Positions 12,540 through 24,664 are shown, counted from the first letter of the stretch. The stretch: 40,415 bases of DNA from Octopus bimaculoides (GCF_001194135.2 NC_068981.1:104183681-104224095), one strand, 5' to 3'. Program-made: numbers and translations. The notes: a model not told the origin generated them from the letters alone.

Positions 12540-12957
12540 TGTATGTATTTACATATATACGTATTTACATACATATGTATGTATTTACATACACTTGCAC
12601 ACTCACATACACACATACACACACACACGTTTCTATACAATATATAAATATTTGCACACATAAACATATATGTGTGTGCAAGTGTGTGTGTATGACTTGA
12701 AAAATTCCTCTCATAAATTATGAACATAACTATCATAAGAGATTTGCTTGATGCTGCACTTGGCTTGGAACTTTGGTGGATAGAGTCCAATACTTGGAAC
12801 ACGTACTTTCAAAATATTTCTTTCCTGTATCTAAACTTCTACTCTCTACATTGAAAATAGTCAACATTCTAGTTATTGTTGTGACTGCTGCTGTCTTCTT
12901 TCATTTTTGTTTTTCTCTCATTTTTTTTCCTCTCTCTTTTCTCTTGGTCCCTCACAG

Positions 12958-13028
12958 GAGGGATGTCATTCAATATATTTATGTTATGAAATAATCTGTT
13001 GTTCCTGGGTGTGTGGTTGATAATGATG
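12958..13028 (+). other. Candidate 5' UTR exon (71 nt)
   Basis: ~55-nt polypyrimidine tract ending ccctcacag|, donor ATG|gtaggt. All three frames contain stops upstream of the terminal ATGATG. Confidence 0.4.
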
Positions 13029-13298
13029 GTAGGTTGTTCAATAATAATAATAGTAATAATAATAATAATAATGTACTTGAAATCTCTCTATACTATTCAT
13101 TTGCCTCAGTTAAACTTTGTTGAAAATAGCTATATTCTTCTAAAATTTTTCCCCATTCAGGTATAAACCTGTGAAATGTCCCCCCCCCCCCACACTCGAA
13201 ACCACCCTTTGTAGCAACATTTACAGGAAACTGTATCTGACCTCTCATCCTATTAAAAATAGCACGGAAATATCCCTCAANNNNNNNNNNCAAACCTA

Positions 13299-13331
<33 letters not shown>

Positions 13332-13504
13332 GAAAAAAATTTAAGCACATTGGTTCATGTGATCCTAGATATAATACTACATTTGCATATAAAAAAGCAA
13401 AACAAAAAAGAACAGGATGGAGTTAAACAACTTTTGCTACTGTTATGTTGAAATGAAGTAGTATCCAAGAGAATTAGTAATATTCTCTGTTACAAAGAAT
13501 ATTA

Positions 13505-13978
13505 ATAATAATGGTTTCAAATTTTTAGCACAAGGCCAGCAATTTCAGGGCAGAGGTAAGTCGATTACATCAACTCCAGTGCTCAACTGGTACTTATTTT
13601 ATTAACTCCAAAAGGATGAAAGGTGAAGTCAACTTTGGCAGAATTTGAGCTTAGAACATATGGACGAAATGCCACTGAACATTTTGGCCAGCATGCTGAC
13701 AATTTTGTCAGCTTGCCACCTTTAAGGATACAACTAATAATAATAATAATGATAATAATAATAATAATTCTTTCGACTATAAGCACAAGACTGAAATTTT
13801 GGAGGAATGGTCCAGTCGATTACATTGACCTCATGCTCAACTGGTGCTTATTTTATCATCCTCTGAAGGACCAAAAGGAAAGTCAGCTGTGGTAGAATTT
13901 GGATTCAGAATGTAAAACCAGTGGAAATGCCAGTAAGCATTTTGTCTGACATGCTAACAATTCTGCCAGCTTGCTGCC

Positions 13979-14028
<50 letters not shown>

Positions 14029-14060
14029 TCTTTCTACTGTAGGCACAAGGTAATAAGAAT
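13505..14060 (-). mobile_element. Head-to-tail tandem SINE family B copies separated by (AAT)n
   Basis: Two near-complete copies (~13505-13725 and ~13765-13980) plus the 3' end of a third, each separated by AAT runs. Confidence 0.85.
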
Positions 14061-14074
14061 AATAATTAATTCGT

Positions 14075-14440
14075 TTTATTGACCACAAAGGCTAATATAA
14101 ATCAAAAACATGTAAGGACAAAGACAGGATGAAGGTTACATAGGGTTTTGTCCAAAAAGTAGAAAAACATTCGTGTAAACAGGAAAAACGGAGAAAGATA
14201 TAACAAATAAAACTCCCAATAAGGGGAGGCGCTTCGAAAAAGAAAAGGTTACACATGGAAAAACCCACAAAAGCCACAGGAGCCTGGTCAGAAAAATAAG
14301 AAAGGGGTATAGAGCCCTTTCTCCTTTTACATCACCTTTTTTTCTAAAGACAACATATAAGTGTTCAGCTTTTGCTGAACAACCTGCACAAATGATTTCT
14401 TTATAGTGATCAAATATATGTGCCATATATCAGATGTTAA
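14075..14440 (-). mobile_element. Possible LINE (L1/Tx1-like) 3' end
   Basis: Minus strand ends in a T-rich UTR-like tract, cctttgtggtcAATAAA and an ATT-rich tail. No diagnostic protein motif is readable. Confidence 0.3.
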
Positions 14441-14572
14441 AAGTGATCACAGAGCAACGTGAGATGAAATGTTTTGCTCAAGGACACAACGCATCACTTA
14501 ATCCAGGAAATGGAACCATAATTTTATGATTGTTAGTGCAACACCTTAACCACCAGGCCATGCGTCCTCACT
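14440..14572 (-). mobile_element. tRNA-derived SINE head (family C-like)
   Basis: Minus strand gcatggcctggtggttaaggtgttg...ttgtgtccttgagcaaaacatttcatctcacgttgctc. Confidence 0.65.
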
Positions 14573-14592
14573 AATAATAATTATAATAATAA

Positions 14593-14800
14593 CTATCTTT
14601 TCTACTATAGGCACAAGGCCTGGATTTTTGTGGAGGAGGGGAACATTCAATCACATCAACCCAGTACTTGACTGGTACTTAATTTATTGACCCTGAAAAG
14701 ATGAAAGGCTAAGTCGACCTTGGCAGAATTTGAACTCAGAACATAGTGACAGACAAAATAGCATTTCGCCTGGCATGCTAATGATTCTGCCAGTTCGCCG

Positions 14801-14837
<37 letters not shown>

Positions 14838-15000
14838 TCTTTCTATTATAGGAACAAGGCCTCAAATTTTGGGCCAGGAGCTTAGTTAATTACATCGACC
14901 CCTGTGCACAACTGATACCTATTTTATCACGCCCCCCCCCCCACACACACACACACATATAAAAGGATGATAAGCAAAGCCAACCTTGGCAGAATAATGC
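14593..15000 (-). mobile_element. Second tandem pair of SINE family B copies
   Basis: Copies at ~14593-14805 and ~14835-15000 separated by (AAT)n at 14806-14837. Confidence 0.8.
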
Positions 15001-15124
15001 TGCTATAAATAATACATGTAACTATAACAATAATCTTCATCAGACTGTTTTACTCATACAAAAACTGATCAATCATCAAGAAACAAAACTTCTGAGTACA
15101 AATCAAAATCTTCTACATATATAT

Positions 15125-15289
15125 GTGCAGGTATAACTGTGGTTAGAAGTTTGCTTCTCAACCACATGGTTCCAGGTTCAATCCCACTAAATTACATCTT
15201 GGGCAAGTGTTTCCTACTATATCCCCAAATTGACCAAAACCCTTATGACTGAATTTAGTAGACAGAAATTGAGAGAAACCCATCATATA
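15125..15289 (+). mobile_element. SINE family A 5' half
   Basis: gtgcaggtataactgtggttagaagtttgcttctcaaccacatggttccaggttcaatcc...cttgggcaagtg. Confidence 0.75.
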
Positions 15290-15472
15290 TACTGTATTTT
15301 AATGTGTATAAGGAACCCTCATGTATAAGGAACCCCCTAAATTTTGGGGCTTAAAATTTAGAGAAAAGGTTTTGTAAGAGACTGTACACTATCCATGTAT
15401 AAGAAACTCCCATATTTTCTGTAATCTAATTTTTGACAAAAAAGGGTTCCTTATACATGTTAAAATATGGTG
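15290..15472. mobile_element. Tc1/pogo-superfamily MITE
   Basis: TIRs tactgtattttaatgtgtataaggaaccc / gggttccttatacatgttaaaatatggtg. Internal repeats of tgtataagga/aa. Confidence 0.7.
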
Positions 15473-15683
15473 TGTGTGTGTGTGTGTATATATAATCAAA
15501 TTAGGCAGCAGTTTAACAATGTATCACCAAAAAGGAAAACTATAATTGTCATTAAATATGACAGAGGGTGTTAGAACACCTACAAAGCTAGAAATAAGAA
15601 CTAAAGTGCTCTGATGCTGCAGTTAGTGCACATAATTGTATACATACATACTGATAGTGACCATAAATGGCTGAAAGTGGCAG

Positions 15684-15722
<39 letters not shown>

Positions 15723-15842
15723 TTTATGTATATATTAATATTATCTCAGTTTTTAAAAAAACCTTTGATAATGTAAATATGTTAATAGTTACCAGAGGTA
15801 GAACTTTTATTTATATGCGTTTTGCTCCATTTATTATTATTA

Positions 15843-15882
<40 letters not shown>

Positions 15883-15899
15883 TATGTATATATATATAT

Positions 15900-16110
15900 T
15901 TGTGTATCTTTTTGTATGTGTTTGTCTTCTCTTCACTGATTGACAGCCAGTGTTGGTTTGTTTATATCTCTGAAACTTAGTGGTTTGGACTGATAGAATA
16001 AGTGCCAGATTAAAAAAATATAAGTAGCAGGGTCAATTTGTTCGACAAAACCCTTCAAGCCACTGTCCCAGCATGGCTGCAGTCCAGTGACTGAAACAAC
16101 TGAAAGATAG
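15900..16110 (+). mobile_element. SINE family A 3' half
   Basis: aacttagtgg...gatagaataagtgccag...ccagcatggctgcagtccagtgactgaaacaa. Confidence 0.7.
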
Positions 16111-16142
16111 GAGATATAGTTAGGAATTGATTATGGCACTAA

Positions 16143-16490
16143 ACCACAATGTGTAGTGGGGAACAGCTGGCTAATATTCCTATTGGACCATCATATGTAG
16201 TGGGAAGCAGGCCACTGCTTCTCAGTTATCACATGGAAGAATAGGCTGCAACTAGTAGACCACCACCACATGTAGTGAGAGAACAGCCTTCTGTTGGACC
16301 ACCATATGTAGTGAGAGAACAGCTATCTGTTGGACCCCCACATGTAGTGAGAAAACAGCCTTCTGTTGGACTACCACATGTACTGGAACACAAGCTGCTG
16401 CTACTGGATCATCATATGTTGCAGAGAGCAGAATCCTTTGGAATGACCACCTGTTGGACCAATGCATGTTGTGGGAGACAGGCTGCAACT
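16143..16490. repeat. 36-bp minisatellite with degenerate flanking units
   Basis: Unit ggaccaccacatgtagtgagagaacagccttctgtt. ggac starts at 16296, 16332, 16368 (period 36), then 16406 and 16456, and at 16185. Confidence 0.9.
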
Positions 16491-16577
16491 ATTTAAAAAT
16501 CTTTTTAAATATTCTGATATTATTTTTTATAAAAAACAGATTACATTCCATTATAAATACCCACTTTCTTACAGATA

Positions 16578-16608
<31 letters not shown>

Positions 16609-17218
16609 TAATGTCTGTTGTCTGTGTGTAGTCTTGTTTTATTCAGACACAAGACAAACATCAAGAAAATCATGAATAATGTTATTTGCAATTTCACAGG
16701 AAAGATGTGTATTACATTTATTTGATGCATAAAGCAGCAACATGTATGTTTACAAGTTTTTAAAAATTTTTGCCGTCTTATTCAAAACTTTTAAGCATTT
16801 AGTCTTCTAATCATCTCCCTCTATCTACTTTCTCTCACTCAAATCAATCCATTGTTGTTTTTCAATTTTGGTCAAAGGATTTCATCTGAATTCATATCAT
16901 TAGTTTAATGAAGAATTAAGAGTGTTAAAAAAGCATTTGAAAAAAAATGTACTTTTACATCTAGTTGCAAAAATATGTTGACTTGCATTAATATATATAT
17001 ATATATATATATATATTCCATTATAGCATTCTTTTGTATTTAAAAAAAATAACAGTTAATTTGATGAGTGTTAAAAAAAGATTTGACAGATGTTTGTTTA
17101 CGGCTACACACACTAATATACAGACTTGCATTCATATACATTTTAAGACAGCATTCCTTTGTGTTATTTAAATGAAGATGTTTTCTTTTTCCTATTAGTG
17201 AATCTGTTACATGTTTAA

Positions 17219-17439
17219 CCCTTTACTGTTCATATTACACTGTCTAATGTAGTTCTTATTTATTCACATTATTTTGAAATAATCATGCATTATCTTGTAG
17301 CCTTGAGATTTTGATGATGTGATTGTTTATTCTTAGAATGACATTGTAGGGTAAGTGTGACGTGCTAGATATAGCCAGTTTGAATATAAAACCAGGTAGA
17401 ATATTCAGGCCAGATGTGGCCAATTTAAATGCTAAAGGG
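17219..17439. mobile_element. piggyBac-type MITE
   Basis: ttaa-cccttta ... aatgctaaaggg-taaa. Same family as 5954-6153. Confidence 0.75.
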
Positions 17440-18161
17440 TAAAATGATTTTAGATACATATGCTTACAACTACACACATCAATATATTGACATGCATGCC
17501 TATGATATTGGTCTCTGCCTAATAATGTGTATTTATATGAATTCCAAGGGTCAGTCATTCATTTATATACACCAACTGTATGGCTAAAACAAACTAAAGA
17601 AAATTCACATTCAAATAAACAGTTTGTCGTAGCCACCTGCTTGAGTGTCTTAAGTTATTCTATAATATATTTAACTAGACGACCACGTGCTGTCAATAAT
17701 GACAGCTAATTGTAGTATTTTATATGTAAATAAAGTACAAAATAAGGTACACAATAATTACACATACAAACAGTCACATACTTCCCTTGTGCGCACACAC
17801 ACATACACATATATACTCACACAGAGTTGAAACACTGATTTTTTTTTTCACCTCTTCCTTCCTTATTCATCTATCACCCTTTCCTTTCTCTTGTTGCTAT
17901 AACTTTCTCTCATTCCCTCTCAGTCAGAGCTATTACTCTCACTACTTCTCTTTCACTGAATTACTATTTTCTTTCCTCCTCCACATCCGGCATGATTTTG
18001 GATAAATTCATAAAAATACTATGCTCATTATTATATTAGGAGATTTCAGATGGACAGTGTAGTATTTTTGAGGTGTATTTCACCTCAAGAAGCTCTGTTC
18101 CCTCCTACATTGCCATTTTTCATTGCCAGTGAAAAGATTTTGTATGAACTGTGTCAGTTAT

Positions 18162-18533
18162 TATCTTTTATCTTTTACTTGTCTCTATCATTGGACTGTG
18201 GCCATGCTGGAGCACTGTCTTGAAGGGTTTTAGTTGAACAGATTGACTCTAATACCTATTTTTTATATGTCTGGTATTTTTTATTCTGTCAGTGTCTTTT
18301 GCTGAACCACTAAGTTAAGTAGGTGTAAGCAAACCAACATCAGTTATCAAGCATTAAGAGTGGAAGCAAACACGCACACACTTCTTAGTTTCCATCTACC
18401 AAATCAACTCCCAAGGCTTTGGTCAACCCGGGACTATAGTAGAAGACACTTGCCCAAGATGCCACACAGTAGGACTGAACCTAAAACTATGTAGTTGGGA
18501 AGCAAACTTCTTACTACACAGTCATCCTGTCCC
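18162..18533 (-). mobile_element. SINE family A, full length
   Basis: Tail tatcttttatcttttacttg at left, gacacttgcccaag core, head at right. Confidence 0.85.
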
Positions 18534-19389
18534 TATTATATAGAGATTTAAAAACATTTTTGTGACTTTTAATTGTATCATGCCAGTTTTCTTCACATTA
18601 CTGTAATTGTGCATGCATGACTCGATGAGGAAAATGTGCAGTATGCATACCTGATCGAAATAACAGCCAAATTCCTCTCATATTACACCCTGCTGTTTTA
18701 TGTTTGTATGAGCTAAGTATGCTGCCCCTACATGATAGTATTACATACTAGAAACTGTATCCAATTTATCCTCAGATCACACCTTACTGTTTTATGTGTG
18801 TTTATATATATATAAGCTATTGAGAGAGTCACTAGATAGTAGAGAGACTTGACAGAAATACCCCCACAAATCTTCTTCAAATCTCTCTTAGACGTATAGA
18901 TACATGAACGAGCCAATGAGGTTCTCTGTATAGTAGACCTAATAGACATAGTTGAATCTTTCCAAAACCACATCCTAGATCCTCCAAGGTTTTGTAATAA
19001 CAAAACTCATGGACAGAAATATGATGTTCCATGTTTCTTAGGTATCACATTCATGTTACGAAAATTCACTGAATTCTTGTTTCCTTTGTAGAATATCTCT
19101 GAAGCCAACTGGTTTACCATTTCAATTTAAAAGGTTTCAGTTTTCTGTTAGACTCAACTCTGCAGTAACAATCACCGTCAAGGATCATCATCAAAATTTG
19201 TTGAGCCGAACCAAGTGAATACTTCTTTTTGCATGTGGTCAGCTTTGTGTTGATACTTAAAAAGTTTGTAACCCTGATGCTCTTTTCATCATAGAAAAAC
19301 AGGGAAAACCTTAGAATATTGTTTATCTTAAGGCTTTAGAATGAACAAGTGACCAAGTAATACACAGAGATCCTATTTTATAAAGCAAA

Positions 19390-19793
19390 TACTCTTTACT
19401 CTTTTACTTGTTTCAGTCATTTGACTGTGGCCATGCTGGAGCACCGCCTTCAGTCGAGCAATTCGACCCCAGGACTTATTCTTTGTAAGCCTAATACTTA
19501 TTCTATCGGTCTCTTTTGCCAAACCGCTAAGTTACAGGGACGTAAACACACCAGCGTCGGTTGTCAAGTGATGTTGGGGGGACAAACACAGACACACAAA
19601 CACACATATATATACATATACATATATACGACGGGCTTCTTTCAGTTTCCGTCTACCAAATCCACTCACAAGGCTTTGGTCGGCCTGAGGCTACAGTAGA
19701 AGACACTTGCCCAAGGTGCCACGCAGTGGGACTGAACCCGGAACCATGTGGTTGGTAAGCAAGCTACTTACCACACAGCCACTCCTGTGCCTA
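19390..19793 (-). mobile_element. SINE family A, full length, young copy
   Basis: Complete head-to-tail structure retaining many CpGs (ggcacc...gacgggc, gtcgg, cccgg) that are decayed in the other copies. Confidence 0.92.
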
Positions 19794-20014
19794 TTATATA
19801 TAGTTTATAATGCCTGCTAAAATCTGCAGTTTACTGCATTGTTTGTGCTGTTTCACCTATCTTTACATTTTGAGCTCAAATTCTGTCAATTTTGACTTTA
19901 CCTTCCATCCTTTTGGGGTCAATATATTAAGTACCAATCAAGCACACAGCGAATGGAATGTCAATGTGTGTGTGTATATTTATATATACATGTATATTTT
20001 TTTTTTACCTGACG

Positions 20015-20326
20015 TGCCATCAGTTACGACAACGAGGGTTTCAGTTGATCTGATCAATGGAACAGCCTGCTTGTGAAATTAACGTGCATTTGACTGAGCA
20101 CTCCACAGACACGTGTACCCTTAAATAGTTCTCTGGGAGATTCAGTATGACACAAAGTGTGACAAAGCTGGCCCTTTGAAATACAGGTGCAACTCATTTT
20201 TGCCTGCTAAATGGACTGGAGCAATATGAAATAAAGTGTCTTACTCAAGAACACAATGTGTTGCCAGGAACTGAATTCATGACCTTGTGATCGTGAACTG
20301 AATACCCTAACCACTAAGCCACACAC

Positions 20327-20330
<4 letters not shown>
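20015..20330 (-). mobile_element. tRNA-derived SINE (family C-like head)
   Basis: Minus strand gtggcttagtggttagggtattc...gtgttcttgagtaagacactttatttcatattgctccag. Confidence 0.75.
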
Positions 20331-20363
<33 letters not shown>

Positions 20364-20570
20364 GAATTATGTTAATCTGCTGTAGAGAGAAAAAATCTGA
20401 AAATGAAGAATACTAACCCAAAACATAAAAAGTTTCTTGTCTTCACTGTAAACTAATATAGCTCCCTTTTTTCTTTTCTTTTCTTTCTTTCCTTGTATTC
20501 TTTCTGCCTCATCACCTTCACTTTCACAGAGAGGATTTATCATCAGAATTATTACATTTGATAACCCATA

Positions 20571-20692
20571 ATGAGTACTGACAGCTACTGCATGCATGGA
20601 AAGAGTAGCAAATTCCCAACAAGACTTGACAGAATAGATATATGTGATGGCTCTGAGGATTATCAAGGATATTCAGTGTCTGATTGGATAAG
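20571..20692 (+). CDS. Candidate first coding exon (exon 20530-20692): MSTDSYCMHGKSSKFPTRLDRIDICDGSEDYQGYSVSDWI(R)
   Basis: Long polypyrimidine acceptor ...ctttcacag|20530. In-frame TGA TAA precede an ATG with A at -3. 40 open codons ending phase 2 at AAG|gtgtca, which is a weak donor. Product unidentified. Confidence 0.45.
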
Positions 20693-20998
20693 GTGTCATC
20701 CACTCAGCTGAAAAGTTGTGTAGTTTATGTTGTTGTTGTTATTGTAGACAGTTTTTTTGGTATTGAGATAGAAAAATACTGAGATGCACCAGTTTTGAGA
20801 TATGATGTAGTAATTTTTACCTCTTTTTAAAAAAAAAAAACATGATTAGCATAGACATGGCTGTGTGGTTAAGAAACTTGCATAGTTTCAGGTTCAGCAA
20901 CTGTGTGTTACCTTGGTCAAGTGCCTTCTACAATAGCCTCAGGCCAACCAATGCCTTCTGGGTGAATTTGGTACATGGAAACTGTGTCAAAGTTCATC

Positions 20999-21071
<73 letters not shown>

Positions 21072-21119
21072 AATAAATATCTAAGGCCCTGGTAGGGTAT
21101 GAAAATAGGATATTTAATG

Positions 21120-21960
21120 CAGCACTCAACCTGATCTCTAGGCTATCTACACTGTTGAATTCCAGGCTAATACCAAAAGTTTTCAGGTGTAGAAAATTCT
21201 GGTTTCACCATGATAAAACTGTTGTGTGGGTTTAGTAAAGGGTAAAATATGATCCAAATAATAAGACAAATAAATACTTCAATGATCAGTTACAACTGTT
21301 TCTATATCAACTCTGCTTGCAATGCTAGTTTATGCACAAGACTTATTTGGATGCTTCCAGTTCAGGGTGGTACACACAGGGACCACATAGTTGCAGCTGT
21401 CTTTGCCTGATCTTCTCACTAACTTTTGGTAGGTCTCCAAAAAGGCATTCATTTGTCATATGTTGCTGTTGTTTCACATTTACGGCCATCTGTAGCATCT
21501 TTGTGTAGCAGCCATTTAGTCCATTTGATAATTTTTTTGTCAATTCCATTTCTCTCCCTCTCTCTCAATAAGGATTTCTTACACTCACACAGGATCAGTC
21601 CTCTTCCATCCTGTAAACATTGTTGGTAAATAAGCTGGGATATTATAGGTTCTGGAACATTCAAGAACACCCTTAATCTCACCAAGTGCACGAAGACCTC
21701 TCTAGTGATAGATCCACAATAAAATAAACCCTGTATACTTTGCAAAATGGTTGATGAATGAAACGATACATCACAAGGCAGAAAAAAACCTGCTACTCTT
21801 GTCTTGTCAAAGACATGACCATTTTTCTAGGGCTTGTTCCACTATAAAAATTTACTCAGCACACTGTATAGAGTGGCTGCTGTTAGAAAAGGTCATGCAG
21901 CTGACATAACTACTAAAATGAAGGCCCTTAGCCATATCTAGGAGAGCAGTAAGTCTCACT
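21120..21960 (-). mobile_element. RTE-type (RTE-X-like) LINE RT/C-terminal relic
   Basis: SHSIQCAE*IFIVEQALEK, FYCGS, LTKKLSNGLNGCYTKMLQMAVNVKQQQHMTNECLFGDLPKVSEKIRQRQLQLCG. Frameshifted. Same family pattern as 7255-7625. Confidence 0.8.
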
Positions 21961-23247
21961 AAGAATTTACTCAGATCATGACAGCTCATTTAACACATGC
22001 CAGATGTAAAATGATAATGAGAAGGACTGTAGTTAATTGGAATGTACCACCACACATAACTGGTGTGCAAACTTTATCATATACCATAAAAGGGATGAAA
22101 AGCAATGCTAACTCTGGCAGAATTATGAATACTGGATGCAGCAGGACAAAATTAAATATTGTATTCCATCATTTCCAATGCTCTGCTGTTTGTGTTAGAA
22201 TTCACAATTTAGAATTTTATATTGTTTTGATCTGTTCTCTTTGAAATAATTGAGTCCTTCCATCTCATACCATGTGAAGGCTGATATATGGCTAGTTTAT
22301 TGATGCAGTAAATTGTGATCAGGTCAAAATGTTATTGTTTAGTCTCTTTATTATCTGTAAGCAAAGTAGGTAAGGAAAAAGAGATAACTAACCAATGATG
22401 AAACATTGATACCAGAGATGGAAGTAGAATGGCCACATGGTTAGGAAGTATGCTTTGCAATTGAATGGTTCCAAGTTCAATCTCACACTGTGTAGCATCT
22501 TGGGCAAGTGTTTCTTTACATTAAACTCAAGTCAACCTAAGCCTTGTAAGTGAAACTGGTTCAGCAAATTGTACATGTAATTTTAGACTTGTCACACACA
22601 CACATGCTGTGAATCACACTGATTCTGGTAGAGGATTACATTAAGAGTATGTGTGTCTGTGGAATACTGAGCCACTCACATGCCACTTTATTAAGCAGGT
22701 AATTCAGCTGATTGAATAATTAAATACTCATCATTGAAACTAACAAGAAATCCGTTTACATAGTTTTGCTAGATATTGAATTTTGTTCTCACAACTAATG
22801 AATAGGCCTGCTGGCAACATTAGCATAATTGAGAATGTTAAGTTAAATGTTCTTTTACATGTTCCCATCCCAAAAGAAATTAAAAAAGAAAAAACAAGAG
22901 TAAAAAAGAATGTGACAGATGGAGAAGGATTTATATATGACAAGGAAATGCTATAAGTCTATTTGACAATTGATCTCTATGAATGATTCCAGAAACAACT
23001 GCACAAACATTGTACAGGGTGGGAAGGCAGTAAAACAAACAAAAATTGCACATGGAAGTTTTTTTTAATGTTACCATTTTTCGTTTTTTAATAAAGACCC
23101 AGTGAGTAATAAATTTAAATAGGATATTCTTGCATATGTGTCTCTCCTATTCTGTGATTTACTCTCATTTTAGAGATACATGTTGTCATGAGTGTACACA
23201 ATCCCCTTCTCAACCCTTGCATCCTTTACCTAGTAGTACATCAAAGA

Positions 23248-23588
23248 GGTGAAGGTGCATGGCTCAGTGATTAGAGCATCAGAATCACAGTCATGAGGTA
23301 GCAAGTTCAATTCCTGGACTGGGCTGTGTATTGTGTTCTTGTGCAAGACACTTTATTTCACATTGCTCCAGTTCATTTAGCTGTAGAAATGAGTTGTGAC
23401 ATCACAGGTGCCAAGCAGTATTGGCCTTTACTTTCCCTTGAATAACATTGGTGGTGTGTGGAGAGGAGAGGCTAGTATGCTTGGGTAACTGCTAGTCTTT
23501 CATAAACAATCTTGCCTGGACTTGTGCCTCAGAGGGGAACTTTCTAGGTGCAATCCCATGGTTATTCATGACCAAAGGTGGTCCTATT
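23248..23588 (+). mobile_element. Full-length tRNA-derived SINE family C with 16-bp TSD
   Basis: Head ggtgaaggtgcatggctcagtgattagagc, B-box agttcaattcc. tacatcaaagaggtga duplicated exactly at 23237-23252 and 23589-23604. Confidence 0.9.
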
Positions 23589-24664
23589 TACATCAAAGAG
23601 GTGACAGCTGGTGTGAGAAAGGGCTGCATTTGTCTAGCCCCACACAAGGATGCACCTTATAGTAGTACAACTCAACAAGGTAGCCACAGCCTATGGCCAG
23701 GTCAGTTTTGATAGGATTTCAGACTGTGAACCAAAGGATCAACAGTTCGCTCCGGTCACCAGTGCTATTTGTGTTCATGGCCCATTCCTCAATAATGTAA
23801 ATGGGTACTATTGATAAATAAGGCTCACTTCAGGAAGAAATAAAAAAAAAACAGTGGGAGCATTATGTAATTTTATGGAAAAGTGTTTCATCGGTTTGAA
23901 GTGCTCTGTTTAAATTTTTCCATGAGGGTAATAGTTTAGTGTTGGGCAGGGTGGGGTGAGAAGAATTCTGAAATCTCAGTTGATTTGCCCCAACACCGCA
24001 TTAAAATAATGAAATATCTTCTTTGTGGTTGCTAGACCTGCTAAAAATAACTGTCAGATTTCTCTTGAATTAGACCCTACTGTTTTTGGATAATATAACC
24101 TGAAATAAACTGTCTCAAAAAGGAGATAGTCATAGTTGAAATCCTTTCCGTCATAGGTCAGTTAGAAAGACATAAACTTTAGTCTTGCCCCCAAGATCCA
24201 CTGTGTTAAGGAACTTATCATCATATACATGATATTGAAACTGTAAAACACATGATTTTAGGGCGGGGGTCATGTTTTTCCAAATAAATAGGTATTATAA
24301 CAATGCACTATTGTTAGCTAGTTGAAATGGAGTGGCTAAGATAATGTGTCTTGCTTAAAGACACAATAAAATATAGGTTGTAATGATATTTGAACTCAGA
24401 GTTATGTATGCAATAGTCAAGCAGCTTCATCTGTCAGCCACTATGTCTTGTTCAATAGAACCTCTGTCTGCCAATGTTGGCCATATATTTCCACATGTAT
24501 TCATTAGACTGAGCAAGAGCTTTTGAGGAAGAATTGCAGCTTCCCATGCATACAAGATTCCTCATTCCATGATGCCCATGTTTATCCATGGAAAAGGAAG
24601 CCAACTTGGGGCAATATAGCTAGGCATTACTATCAGAATTCAAAGAACCAGAAGAAATAGCATA

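Noticed and set aside
16143-16490. CRISPR-like periodic array
   Set aside because: The whole unit is repeated with no unique spacers, and the context is eukaryotic with no cas genes. It is a minisatellite.
21831-21948. + strand exon candidate with strong gtaagt donor
   Set aside because: Two of the three frames, including the phase-2 frame needed to continue the 20692 exon, hit stops, and the segment is the antisense of an RTE-type RT relic.
23248-23320. tRNA-like sequences with A and B boxes (also SINE A and B heads)
   Set aside because: They are SINE heads continuing into core and tail domains and lack a complete cloverleaf, so they are not tRNA genes.
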